Positions 27,995 through 37,816 are shown, counted from the first letter of the stretch. The stretch: 64,000 nt of DNA from Desulfurivibrionaceae bacterium (GCA_046537975.1 JBKHJR010000003.1:6677-70676), one strand, 5' to 3'. Notes: generated from the sequence alone by a model not told the origin. Program-made: numbers and translations.

Positions 27995-29281
27995 ATGCCC
28001 CATATAACCATAATTTATCCGGAATGGACCAAGATACCGGAACAGACCGAATTCCATCTCCCCCCTCACGCTCCGGTATGTCTGGCCGCCGAGATCCCGG
28101 AAGACTATGAGGTCTCTTTCATCGATGAAAACATGGACCCTGTCGACCCGGACAACCGGACCGATCTGATCCTGCTCTCCATGATGCTAACCTGCCAGAT
28201 CCCCAGGGGGCTGGAAATTGCCGCTGCTTACCGGAATAGAGGGATCAAGGTGATCGCCGGGGGAATTGCCACCATGCTTCATGCCGAAGAGGTGGCTGAA
28301 CATGTGGACTCTGTCTTTCTGGGCGAGGTGGAAGGCGGCCGTCTGACCAGGGTTCTGGAACACTGGCGGGAAAACAACCTGAAGCCGCTCTATAACTACT
28401 TCCGGGATTTTCCGGAAACAGAGGAGATTGGTCCGGCCCGCCGCGACATTCTCAACTACGATCACTACGTCTACCGGGGGATGCCCATGGTTGATCTGGT
28501 CCATGCCTCCCGGGGCTGCAAGTTCAACTGTTTTCCCTGCGCCACCGCCTATCTGGGAGGGCGCACCTTCAGACCCCGGCCCATGGCCAGGGTTGCCGAA
28601 GAACTGGAAGGAATTGACAATAATCGCCTGTTCCTGGTGGACAACTCCCTGGCCCAGGATCGGGACTGGGTACTGGAACTGTTTTCCGTCCTGGAGTCAT
28701 TAGGGAAAAAATGGATCAGTCACCCGATTCTGGACGAAGAAAAAGTAATTGCCCGGGCAGCCAAGGCAGGATGCTGGTTTGTTTATCAGGCTGTTTTTGA
28801 CACCTCGGAGGTGATACGCAACCGGGTAAAAAGGCTCAAAGATCATGGTATAGGAGTGGAAGCCGCAGTTCTCCTGGGACCTGACAATCAGGACGCCGAC
28901 TACATAAAAAGACTTATCGATTTTCTCCTGGAAATTGATGTGGACATGGCGGAATTCTCCATACTGACTCCCTTCCCTCACACCCCGATGACAAAACAGT
29001 TCAAAAAGGAAGGCCGAATACTGCATAACGACTGGCGAAAATATACCACCAGTGAGGTCTGCTTTCAGCCTAAACACATGACTCCGGATGAACTTCAGGA
29101 GATGTATCATTATGCCTGGCAGGCCTTTTATCAGGAAAAAAGTCAATCCCTGCGCATGGCCCGGCTCTTCCATAAGGTGGTAAAAAAAGAAATAGCAGAC
29201 AACAGCTGGCGCTCTCCCATCGACCTTTCCCAGAAACGCCGGAAATGGCAAGAAACCAGGGGAACCGGCAATGGGGATTAA
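27995..29281 (+). CDS. B12-binding-domain radical SAM enzyme (class B) #1
   Basis: 428 aa. N-terminal Rossmann-like B12-type domain (DLILLSMM...KVIAGGI...FLGEVEG) and a CxxxCxxC motif (RGCKFNCFPC). Confidence 0.85.
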   Translation: MPHITIIYPEWTKIPEQTEFHLPPHAPVCLAAEIPEDYEVSFIDENMDPVDPDNRTDLILLSMMLTCQIPRGLEIAAAYRNRGIKVIAGGIATMLHAEEVAEHVDSVFLGEVEGGRLTRVLEHWRENNLKPLYNYFRDFPETEEIGPARRDILNYDHYVYRGMPMVDLVHASRGCKFNCFPCATAYLGGRTFRPRPMARVAEELEGIDNNRLFLVDNSLAQDRDWVLELFSVLESLGKKWISHPILDEEKVIARAAKAGCWFVYQAVFDTSEVIRNRVKRLKDHGIGVEAAVLLGPDNQDADYIKRLIDFLLEIDVDMAEFSILTPFPHTPMTKQFKKEGRILHNDWRKYTTSEVCFQPKHMTPDELQEMYHYAWQAFYQEKSQSLRMARLFHKVVKKEIADNSWRSPIDLSQKRRKWQETRGTGNGD

Positions 29282-30605
29282 CTGCCTGCTTATCTCAACA
29301 AACCAGGTGGAAGAACCCTACCCTGTCTATCCCCTGGGAGTTGCCCATCTGATGGGAGCTTTGGAGGCCGGTGGTCACAGCAGTAAACATTTTGACCTTC
29401 TGGCCGGGGGAGGCACCGAAGCCCTTGCCGGTTTTCTGCAGGACTCCTCTTTTGACCTCATCTGCCTCTCTATCCGTAATATAGACACCATGGACTGTAA
29501 CTGTCCCCACCATCTTCTGGGAGACACTCAAAAAACCATGGCGATTATCAGGAGGTCATCGGGTGCCCCGGTGGTGGTGGGAGGGCCTGCCTTCTCCATC
29601 ATGCCGGAAGAAATAATGGAATTAATCCAGGCAGACTACGGGGTGGTTGGCGAAGGGGAAAGCGCCCTTGTCCGGCTGGCCGACAGCATGGAGAGGGGGA
29701 CGGCCATTGCAAAAGGGATCATCCATCCCCGCCCCCGAAAATACCCCTGGAGACAGACCGCCTATCAAAAGGAAAACATGGCTTACTACCTCCGGAATGG
29801 CGGGATGCTGAACATTCAGACCAAGAGGGGCTGCCCCTACCGGTGCGCCTACTGTTCCTATCCCAATCTGGAAGGAAGGCATTACCGCTTCCGGGACCCG
29901 GAAGAGGTGGCGGACGAAGTACGAAGGTTGAACCTGGAGCTGGGGGCGGACTATATCTTTTTTTCCGACTCCACCTTTAATGACAATCAGGACCACTTTC
30001 TCCAAGTCGCTGAGGCCCTGATCAAAAATGACAACCATGTCCCCTGGTGCGCCTTTTTCCGGCCCCGGAACCTCTCAGCCGGGGCCTTGGCCCTGATGAA
30101 AAAAGCAGGGCTGGCCGCCATGGAGATGGGGACCGACGCCGCCTGCGACCGCACCCTGGAGGGCCTGGGTAAAGGCTTCACGTTCGGCGAGGTGATCGAT
30201 AATCACGAATTAACAGTGGCCCAGAACATCCCATGCGCCCATTTCATTATTTTCGGCGGCCCCGGGGAAGACCGGGACACCATTAAAGAAGGGCTGGCCA
30301 ATCTCGACCGCCTGCGCAACACCGTGGTCTTTGCCGGAGCCGGAATCAGAATACTTCCCGGTACTGAAATATATAAGAAAGCTCTGGCCGAGGGACTTGT
30401 TGGTCAAAATCAGTCCCTGCTGGATCCGCTCTTTTATTTCTCTCCCGGGATCAGCCGCGAGGAAGTGGATCAGGAACTGAAAAACGCCTGGCAAAAGAGA
30501 TTTGACCGGGTATACCCCTTTATGGGAATGCAGCAAAGGATCAACCACCTGCACAAAAAAGGCTATAAAGGCCCGGTCTGGGATAATCTGCTGGTAAGAA
30601 GATAA
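29271..30605 (+). CDS. B12-binding-domain radical SAM enzyme (class B) #2
   Basis: 444 aa. B12-type domain (DLICLSIRNIDT...VVVGGPAFS...VVGEGE) and CxxxCxxC (RGCPYRCAYC). Overlaps the previous gene by 11 nt. Confidence 0.85.
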   Translation: MGINCLLISTNQVEEPYPVYPLGVAHLMGALEAGGHSSKHFDLLAGGGTEALAGFLQDSSFDLICLSIRNIDTMDCNCPHHLLGDTQKTMAIIRRSSGAPVVVGGPAFSIMPEEIMELIQADYGVVGEGESALVRLADSMERGTAIAKGIIHPRPRKYPWRQTAYQKENMAYYLRNGGMLNIQTKRGCPYRCAYCSYPNLEGRHYRFRDPEEVADEVRRLNLELGADYIFFSDSTFNDNQDHFLQVAEALIKNDNHVPWCAFFRPRNLSAGALALMKKAGLAAMEMGTDAACDRTLEGLGKGFTFGEVIDNHELTVAQNIPCAHFIIFGGPGEDRDTIKEGLANLDRLRNTVVFAGAGIRILPGTEIYKKALAEGLVGQNQSLLDPLFYFSPGISREEVDQELKNAWQKRFDRVYPFMGMQQRINHLHKKGYKGPVWDNLLVRR

Positions 30606-30658
30606 TTCAAGATTTACTCCTGACCGGAAATTGTTTTTCCGGATCGGCAAGAACATCC

Positions 30659-31885
30659 ATGAAATATCAAAGAAACTGTGCTCCGCCATACGCTTCCCAC
30701 CGGACTTCACCGCTGAACCCCCTGATAGTTATCCCGGTATATAACCATGCCGCCACCCTGCCGGAAGTGGTCAACAGGTCCCTGGAGACCGGTTTCCCGG
30801 TTCTGGTGGTAGATGACGGCAGTACCGATCAGGGGACGGAACAACTCCGGAATCCGGGCTGCCGGATCTTAAAACTCGGCATCAACCGGGGCAAGGGGGC
30901 GGCCATCCTCGCCGGGGCCCGAAAGGCCTCGGAACAGGGTCATGATGCTGTAATTACCGTGGATGCCGACGGCCAGCATGACCCGGCTGAAACCTGCCTT
31001 CTGGTCCGGGAGGCGGAAAAGAACTGGCCTCTCATGGTCATCGGCTGCCGGGATATGTCCGGAGAAACAGTACCCCGCTCCAGCAGGTTCGGCCGGCTTT
31101 TCTCCAACTTCTGGGTGAGGCTGGAATGCGGCCGCGATCTTCCTGATACCCAGAGCGGCTTCCGCCTTTATCCTGTCCCGGAAATACTGGACTTAAATAT
31201 TGCCGGAAGCCGCTACGATTTCGAAGTAGAGGTTTTGACCAGGGCGGCCTGGGCCGGCCTTCCTATTAAATCCGTGCCGATTTCAGTCCATTACCCGGAG
31301 ATTGGAACCAGGATCTCCCATTTCAATCAGGTAAAGGATAATCTGCGCCTGACTTTCCTGCACAGCCGCCTGATCTGCCGGGCCCTGCTTCCCTGGCCCC
31401 ATAAAAAAATCATCGCTGAAAATCCGGCCGCCATTCAGGAACCGGAAAAACAGTCAATTTTTCATCCGGTAAAGCTCCTGAAAAGACTGTGCCTGGAACA
31501 CACCACCAGCCTTCAGCTGGCGGTGGCGGTCTGGGTGGGTATTTTTCTGGGGGCCCTGCCCCTGATAGCTGTTCATACAGTGGTAATTATCTATGTCTGC
31601 CACCGGCTCCACTTAAATAAACCGGCGGCGGTTGCTGCCAGCCAGATCTGCGCCCCGCCGCTACTGCCGGTAATATGTATCGAGACCGGCTATTTTTTGA
31701 GAAACGGGACCTGGCTGACCGAGGTTTCCTATGATATTCTTGTCCTGCAGATTCACCAGAGACTGTGGGAATGGCTGCTGGGCTCTCTTATCGTAGGACC
31801 GCTGCTGGGCCTGGTTGTCGCTTTTTCCGCCTATTTGGTTATCAGGTATCTACGCACTCTGGGCAAATCTTGTGTGAGAAAATGA
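30659..31885 (+). CDS. family-2 glycosyltransferase fused to a C-terminal membrane (DUF2062-like) domain
   Basis: 408 aa. GT2 motifs (VIPVYNH, VLVVDDGSTD, VDADGQHD), then 3-4 TM helices. Confidence 0.8.
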   Translation: MKYQRNCAPPYASHRTSPLNPLIVIPVYNHAATLPEVVNRSLETGFPVLVVDDGSTDQGTEQLRNPGCRILKLGINRGKGAAILAGARKASEQGHDAVITVDADGQHDPAETCLLVREAEKNWPLMVIGCRDMSGETVPRSSRFGRLFSNFWVRLECGRDLPDTQSGFRLYPVPEILDLNIAGSRYDFEVEVLTRAAWAGLPIKSVPISVHYPEIGTRISHFNQVKDNLRLTFLHSRLICRALLPWPHKKIIAENPAAIQEPEKQSIFHPVKLLKRLCLEHTTSLQLAVAVWVGIFLGALPLIAVHTVVIIYVCHRLHLNKPAAVAASQICAPPLLPVICIETGYFLRNGTWLTEVSYDILVLQIHQRLWEWLLGSLIVGPLLGLVVAFSAYLVIRYLRTLGKSCVRK

Positions 31886-32775
31886 TTGGTGGCATCCGAT
31901 TGGCCCAACGATTAGAGGCCCTGGGGCACTACATCTTTTATACGGTGATTATCCTGAGCGGCCAGCCCGGCGCCTATATTCTGCTGGCCCTGGTGATCTT
32001 TTCCTACACCCTGTTCAGCAGAAATATTCACAGAAAAACAGATTATTACCTGAGCCGCCGTTTTCCGGATAAATCCTGGGTCCGGCGCCGGCTGGACACT
32101 TTCAGGCTGGTCTACTCTTTTGGAAAGGTGCTGGTGGACAGGGCCTGGCTGGGTTTAAGGAAAAAAGCGGCCTTGGAAGGGAATTTCCCCGATCAATCCC
32201 TGCTTCTCCGGACCATAGAGGAAGGAAAGGGGGTTATCCTGCTTACCGCCCATGTAGGCAACTGGCAGACTGCTCTGGCCAATCTCACTGAACTTCCGGT
32301 GGCGGTTCACTCCCTCATGGAGTATGATCAGGAGGCTGTGGCCAAGCACTATTTCGATCTCAAGGACGGGCAGCGCCCCTTCCGGATCATCGCCAGTGAC
32401 GGTTTCCTGGGCGGCATGATCGAATCAACGGCAGCCCTGCAGCGCGGCGAAATCGTAACCATCATGGGAGACCGCTATGCCGGCGGGCCGGAGGTGGAAG
32501 TCGATTTTCTGGGCAGCCCGGTAAGGCTCCCGGCCACCCCTTATCAACTGGCGGCCTCGACCTCTGCGCCGATCGTGGTTCTCTTTGCCGCCAAAGAGGG
32601 GCAAAAAAAGTACTCCCTGAAAATCTGGGATATTTTCAGACCGGAGGCTGTAAACCGGCAAAACCGAGAGCGGGAGATCACCAAATGGGGACAGCGCTTT
32701 GCCTCTTCCCTGGAAAATTATCTGGCCCAACACCCTTACCAGTGGTACAATTTCTCCGATTTCTGGAAACAGTAA
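31882..32775 (+). CDS. LpxL/HtrB-type (lipid A biosynthesis-like) lysophospholipid acyltransferase
   Basis: ATG at 31882 overlaps the GT2 stop (ATGA). N-terminal TM helix and an HVGNWQ motif resembling the HxGNWE of LpxL-family acyltransferases. The ORF-track start at 31765 lies inside the GT2 gene. Confidence 0.75.
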   Translation: MIGGIRLAQRLEALGHYIFYTVIILSGQPGAYILLALVIFSYTLFSRNIHRKTDYYLSRRFPDKSWVRRRLDTFRLVYSFGKVLVDRAWLGLRKKAALEGNFPDQSLLLRTIEEGKGVILLTAHVGNWQTALANLTELPVAVHSLMEYDQEAVAKHYFDLKDGQRPFRIIASDGFLGGMIESTAALQRGEIVTIMGDRYAGGPEVEVDFLGSPVRLPATPYQLAASTSAPIVVLFAAKEGQKKYSLKIWDIFRPEAVNRQNREREITKWGQRFASSLENYLAQHPYQWYNFSDFWKQ

Positions 32776-32850
32776 GAAAAGGGCCATATCAAGACCTAAG
32801 ACCCTGCACCTGGAACTTAACCCCTCTCAATCAAGAGATCTAAGCTAATT

Positions 32851-33111
32851 ATGGATGACTTAAAAAGACAATTAAAAGGAATTATTGTAAAAGACCTCAA
32901 ATTAACCGGCATAACTCCTGAAGAGATAAAGGATGATGACTCTTTATTCGAAGAAGGACTCGGGCTCGACTCCCTTGATGCCGTGGAACTGGTGGTTCTT
33001 ATCCAGAAAAATTTCGGAGTGCAGATCGAGGACATGGATGAGGGGAATCAGGCCTTTGCCTCCATAAATTCCCTGGCCCGGTTCATTCAGGATAGACAGA
33101 AACAGGAATAA
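32851..33111 (+). CDS. acyl carrier protein #1
   Basis: 86 aa, phosphopantetheine site GLDSLDAVELV. Confidence 0.88.
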   Translation: MDDLKRQLKGIIVKDLKLTGITPEEIKDDDSLFEEGLGLDSLDAVELVVLIQKNFGVQIEDMDEGNQAFASINSLARFIQDRQKQE

Positions 33112-33282
33112 CTACAGCCGGTTTCTGCCTGATTAGCTGGTAAAATCTCTCTTCCGCGCACAGGGAACAGAAAGGACAGGGTTTTCCCTGAATGACAAAA
33201 CCAATTTTTGGCGCCCTATTCTTTGCAAGCAATTATAACTTATTACGAAAACAGCAAGACTTGTTGAAAGAAAATATTCTGA

Positions 33283-34524
33283 ATGAATAAAAAGCTGCAC
33301 AACAGAGTCGCCGTCTCCGGGACAGGCTGTATATCCGGGGCAGGGCGAGATGTCAGGGCCCACTGGGACAGTCTCTGTAACAGAAGGATAAATTGCGGCC
33401 CTGTTCCGGAATGGCTGTTTGCAACCGACCTTCCCTACCCGGTTTTTACGGCTCCGGCGGAATGCAGTCATCCTGAACAGGACCTTTATTTCCCTTATCT
33501 TCCCCCCCGCCCGGAAAACGAGATCAACCGGACAATACTTCTGGTGATTAACGCGGCTGTACAGGCCCTGCTGCAAACCGGTTTGTCTTTAGAGGAATTA
33601 AAGATGAAAAATGTAGGCATGGTGTTCGGCACCACCGTGGGCTGCACTTTTAATAACGAAGATTACTACTCCGCCTGGCGCCGGGGGGAAAAACCCGATC
33701 CGGAGCCGGTAAATCGCTATCTCGCCGGCAACCTGGCCTCTGCCCTCCAGTCTTTTTCCGGAATCAAGGGGCCGGCAGCGGTGATCACCAATGCCTGCGC
33801 CTCAGGAACTGATGCCATCGGCCTGGCCCGCAACTGGATCCTTTCCGGCCTTTGCGATCTGGTTATTGCCGGAGGGGGGGATGAACTCTCCAGAATTGCC
33901 TACAACGGTTTCACCAGCCTGCAGCTGACTTCAAAATCTCCCTGCCGCCCTTTTGACCGGGACCGGGACGGATTGAATCTGGGGGAAGGGGCGGCGGTCC
34001 TGATCCTGGAACCGGAAAGCAGGTGCCGTGAGCGGGGGAGTTCTACCCTGGGCTGGCTTCGGGGTTACGGTGCGGCAAATGATGCCTATCATCCCACTGC
34101 CCCCCATCCACAGGGCCGTGGCCTGAAAGCGTCTTTGGATATGGCCCTGGAGCAGATTGAGGGAGAGCGAAAAATCTCCTATCTAAACAGCCATGGAACA
34201 GGGACTCCGAGCAATGACCCGGCTGAGATGAAGGGCCTGCAATCTTCTTCTGCATACATAGAGAATGCGGCAATCGTTTCAAGCAAGGGTCTCACCGGTC
34301 ACACCCTGGGGGCGGCCGGGGCCTTGGAGGCAATTTTCACCCTGCTCTCCCTGAATGAAGGTTTTACCCCCGGTTCAGCCGGCTGCAGTCATCCCGACCC
34401 GGAACTTGCCCTATCTCCCCTGACCCGGGGAGAAAACCGGGAACTGGCCGGCAGCCTGGGACTGAGTACCTCGCTGGCCTTTGGCGGCGGCAATAGTGCC
34501 CTGATACTGGAGAGAGCCAAATGA
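33283..34524 (+). CDS. beta-ketoacyl-ACP synthase (KS I/II type) #1
   Basis: 413 aa. Active Cys ITNACASGTDA, His motifs SHGTGTPSND and GHTLGAAG. Confidence 0.9.
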   Translation: MNKKLHNRVAVSGTGCISGAGRDVRAHWDSLCNRRINCGPVPEWLFATDLPYPVFTAPAECSHPEQDLYFPYLPPRPENEINRTILLVINAAVQALLQTGLSLEELKMKNVGMVFGTTVGCTFNNEDYYSAWRRGEKPDPEPVNRYLAGNLASALQSFSGIKGPAAVITNACASGTDAIGLARNWILSGLCDLVIAGGGDELSRIAYNGFTSLQLTSKSPCRPFDRDRDGLNLGEGAAVLILEPESRCRERGSSTLGWLRGYGAANDAYHPTAPHPQGRGLKASLDMALEQIEGERKISYLNSHGTGTPSNDPAEMKGLQSSSAYIENAAIVSSKGLTGHTLGAAGALEAIFTLLSLNEGFTPGSAGCSHPDPELALSPLTRGENRELAGSLGLSTSLAFGGGNSALILERAK

Positions 34525-35273
34525 GCAGGATCCAGATATCCTCCATAGCTCTAAACGAAAATCAAAACCCGCAGACTTCATTTGCCCGGGAACTGAGGCG
34601 GGCTGACGGTTTCACAAGCCTGGCCGTTACAGTCGCCGAACAGGCTCTTGCCGGACTCAACCCCCATGATGACAGGGGGGAGACCGGGATATTTATCGGC
34701 ACAGCTTTCGGTCCCCTGGCTACCAATTTTGCCGCCCTTGATACCCTGCTCGATGACGGGGAAGGGCAGATGTCCCCTACCCTGTTTTCCCATTCGGTTT
34801 TCAATACCGCCGCCGGTTATATAAGCCGGCTCTTTAAACTCCGGGGACCGGCCTATACCCTGACCAACTACTGCTGGCCTTTCTTCCTGGCCCTGCGGGA
34901 AGGAAAGACCGCAGTGGAACACGGGATAATCAGGAGGGCGGTGGTACTGGAAGTGGAAATATACAGCCGGATCCTGACCGAGGCCGGACAACGGTCAAAG
35001 GGGGAAGACTTCCCCGTCCTTGTACCCGGCGCAGTCGCCTGGATACTCGAGGACGAAACTGACACCGGCAATGAGCCTGTAGGTCTTCTTGATTCCCTGG
35101 AATTCGAGGAATACGATGTCGCCCCGGAAGAATTCCTTTCCCCTCGCCCTCTGGAGCATTCATTTGCTGTCAGCCGCACCGCCCGGCAGTTAAAAAAACT
35201 CCCCGGCCAAAAAGAGTCATGGTGTGCTGAAGAGCTGTTCGGCAAGGCCCGGGTTGACCTGCAGTCTCCTTGA
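34521..35273 (+). CDS. truncated ketosynthase-like partner protein (chain-length-factor-like, N-terminal half only)
   Basis: 250 aa. ATGA overlap with the KS gene. GPAYTLTNYC aligns with the KS active site, but the His-His C-terminal half is missing. Confidence 0.7.
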   Translation: MSRIQISSIALNENQNPQTSFARELRRADGFTSLAVTVAEQALAGLNPHDDRGETGIFIGTAFGPLATNFAALDTLLDDGEGQMSPTLFSHSVFNTAAGYISRLFKLRGPAYTLTNYCWPFFLALREGKTAVEHGIIRRAVVLEVEIYSRILTEAGQRSKGEDFPVLVPGAVAWILEDETDTGNEPVGLLDSLEFEEYDVAPEEFLSPRPLEHSFAVSRTARQLKKLPGQKESWCAEELFGKARVDLQSP

Positions 35274-35536
35274 CCGGAGACAACCGGAAGTGGAAAGTCG
35301 GAAGTAGAAAATTGCAATGCCGTCATTATTATGGTATTTCTGCAAGATTAGATTTTCTTATACCTTGAACCGGGAATACCCTGTGATCCCGGGATATCAA
35401 TCGTCCCTGAAGGTGTATCATGGTAAAGTTCGTGACGAAAACAGTCTATTATGAAAACAAAATAAGGAATCTTCAGGATCGAACAGATGAACTCTCTGAT
35501 TGAATGCCACCAATCAAATAATAATACGGTGAAGAC

Positions 35537-36772
35537 GTGCCGACAAAAAGGGTAGTTATTACCGGACGGGGAGCGGTATCTCCTTATGGTCTGGGAGTTA
35601 AGCTCCTTACAGAAAAGGTCTGGCAGAACTGTTCAGGGATACGGCTGATGCCGGAATGGCAGGAGATAAAAGGCCTTGAATCCCATCTTGCCGCTCCGGT
35701 TCCCGCCATTGATAGCTCCCAACATCTGCCCCGCTCCCTGCGTCGTACCATGGGTGATATGGCTCTGTACGCTGTGCTGGCCTCCCGGGAAGCTGCGGGG
35801 GAAGCCGGGCTTGAGGAAGAAACCCTGACAGGCGGCAGCACCGGAGTTGCCATCGGTTCCACCACCGGTTCTCCCAGTGTCTTAGAAGAATTTTATCAAA
35901 ACTACATCCCGGGAAAAAGTATCGAAGAGGTCAGATCCGGGATGTTTTTCAAAATAATGGGACACAGCTGTGCAGCCAATGTATGCCTGGCTCTGGGGAT
36001 CAAAGGGGAACAATGGTCACCTGCGAGTGCCTGCACCTCTGCAGCCCAGGCTATCGGTATGGGTTATCTGCTGATCAAAAGCGGCCGCCAGGAAATAATG
36101 CTCTGCGGCGGTGCTGATGAGGCCCATCCCACCGTCACCATGATCTTCGATGTAGTCAAGGCAGCCTCCAGATATGCCGGGGACCCCATTCTGGCTCCCA
36201 GACCTTTTGACAGCCGGAGGGACGGCGTGGTCTGCGGCGGCGGCAGCGGTATCCTGGTTCTGGAAAGCCTGGAATCAGCCCAAAAACGGGGGGCTGACAT
36301 TCTCGGCGAGATAAAAGGCTTCGGCCTGGTCAATGACAGTCAGCACATTGCCAATCCCAGCAGGGAGTCCATAGCAAGGGCTATGAACGGAGCAATGACT
36401 GAGGCCGGCATCAATTACCGGGAAATAGATTATGTCAATGCCCATGCCACCGGAACCGTACTGGGCGATATCGCTGAAGGGACAGCCATCCGGGAAAATC
36501 TCAAAGAAACCACCCCGGCAAGTTCATTTAAAGGCCATCTGGGCCATACCCTGGGAGCAGCCGGTTCCCTTGAGGCTATAATTCTTCTGGAGATGCTGGC
36601 CCGGCAGGAAATCGTCCCCACTCTTCACCTCGAAGAGGCCGACCCTGAACTAAAAGGCATGGATCTGGTCCGGGAAATCCGGCCCCAGCGGATGAATTGT
36701 GTCCTTAAAAACAATTTTGCCCTTGGCGGAGTGAACACCGCTCTGCTCTTGAAACAGTGGACAGGTAGATAA
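35537..36772 (+). CDS. beta-ketoacyl-ACP synthase II-like (FabF-like) #2
   Basis: 411 aa with a GTG start. Active Cys SPASACTSAAQA, AHATGTVLGD and GHLGHTLGAAG. Confidence 0.9.
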   Translation: MPTKRVVITGRGAVSPYGLGVKLLTEKVWQNCSGIRLMPEWQEIKGLESHLAAPVPAIDSSQHLPRSLRRTMGDMALYAVLASREAAGEAGLEEETLTGGSTGVAIGSTTGSPSVLEEFYQNYIPGKSIEEVRSGMFFKIMGHSCAANVCLALGIKGEQWSPASACTSAAQAIGMGYLLIKSGRQEIMLCGGADEAHPTVTMIFDVVKAASRYAGDPILAPRPFDSRRDGVVCGGGSGILVLESLESAQKRGADILGEIKGFGLVNDSQHIANPSRESIARAMNGAMTEAGINYREIDYVNAHATGTVLGDIAEGTAIRENLKETTPASSFKGHLGHTLGAAGSLEAIILLEMLARQEIVPTLHLEEADPELKGMDLVREIRPQRMNCVLKNNFALGGVNTALLLKQWTGR

Positions 36773-37056
36773 TGACGGAAGAAGAGATCAAAAAAAGGGT
36801 TAGAAAAGTCCTTGCCCATGAATTTGAACTTGAAGAGGCGGAGCTTAAACCCGAGGTCAGCCTGTATGAAGATCTGGAACTGGACAGTCTTGACGCCGTG
36901 GATATGGTAGTGGCCCTGGAAAAAGCCTTTGCCATGAAAATGACCGATCAGGAAGCCCTGCGTGAAGTGGCAACTATTCAGGATCTTTTTGATTTCTTGA
37001 TTGAGATGGCCCATGAAACCAACAATGAAATTAGGGAAGACTCTGGTACGGGATAA
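36772..37056 (+). CDS. acyl carrier protein #2
   Basis: 94 aa, LELDSLDAVDMVV. The start overlaps the KS stop by 1 nt (TAATG). Confidence 0.88.
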   Translation: MTEEEIKKRVRKVLAHEFELEEAELKPEVSLYEDLELDSLDAVDMVVALEKAFAMKMTDQEALREVATIQDLFDFLIEMAHETNNEIREDSGTG

Positions 37057-37816
37057 CGATATCCTACAATATATTAAAGACGGTTTTAGAAAACTCTTTT
37101 TCAATATTTACTTCTGGCCTCTCTTTGTCCTGATTACCCTGATCAGCTTTTTCTGCATTCCCCTGATAACAGCCGCCAACTTTTTCTTTCATTTTTGGGC
37201 GCAGGACAAAGCCTTTCGGAACGGGATCAGGATCTACGGCCAGGTAATAATAAAAATTGCCTCCGTCATGGCCCCGGTAGAGGTCGAAGACAGATCAGGG
37301 GGATTATCCCTGCCCGCTATATTTGTTGCTAATCACAACTCCTCTGCCGATCCTTTTCTTTTCGGGGCCCTGCCTTTTGAAAACAGTTTCGTCACCAGCT
37401 GGCCCTTCAGGATTCCGTTTTACCGCTGGGCGATGAAACAGGCCGGTTATATTGATGCCAATAAAGGCTGGGAAAACCTGGTGCGCGAGGGGTGCAGACT
37501 CTTTAACCGGGGAAGTTCCCTGATTATCTGGCCGGAAGGACATCGCAGTCCGGAAGCGGAATTGCAGAGATTCCGCAGCGGAGCTTTCAGACTGGCGCTG
37601 GAAACTGGCCGTCCCATTGTCCCGGTCTGTATCCTGGGTTCGGGCGATTTGCTTCCTCCGGGCAGAAGACTGCTGAATCCGGTGCCGGTAAAACTTATCA
37701 TTTATCCGGAAATTCCCCCGGAGAGATATGCCAACGCTTCCCAAGCCCACAAGATGTTGGGTGAAGAAGTCAGAGATATTATTCAAAAAGAAATAAGGGG
37801 TGCCGGTGAACTTTGA
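37001..37816 (+). CDS. PlsC-family 1-acyl-sn-glycerol-3-phosphate-type acyltransferase
   Basis: 271 aa. N-terminal TM helices, an HX4D motif (NHNSSADP) and a PEGHRS motif. The true start may be ATG at 37013 or 37025. Every option overlaps the ACP 3' end. Confidence 0.8.
   Translation: MRWPMKPTMKLGKTLVRDNDILQYIKDGFRKLFFNIYFWPLFVLITLISFFCIPLITAANFFFHFWAQDKAFRNGIRIYGQVIIKIASVMAPVEVEDRSGGLSLPAIFVANHNSSADPFLFGALPFENSFVTSWPFRIPFYRWAMKQAGYIDANKGWENLVREGCRLFNRGSSLIIWPEGHRSPEAELQRFRSGAFRLALETGRPIVPVCILGSGDLLPPGRRLLNPVPVKLIIYPEIPPERYANASQAHKMLGEEVRDIIQKEIRGAGEL

Noticed and set aside
31765-31881. N-terminal extension of the LpxL-type acyltransferase ORF
   Set aside because: It overlaps the 3' end of the GT2-DUF2062 gene. 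ATG at 31882 forms an ATGA overlap and starts right before the predicted TM helix.
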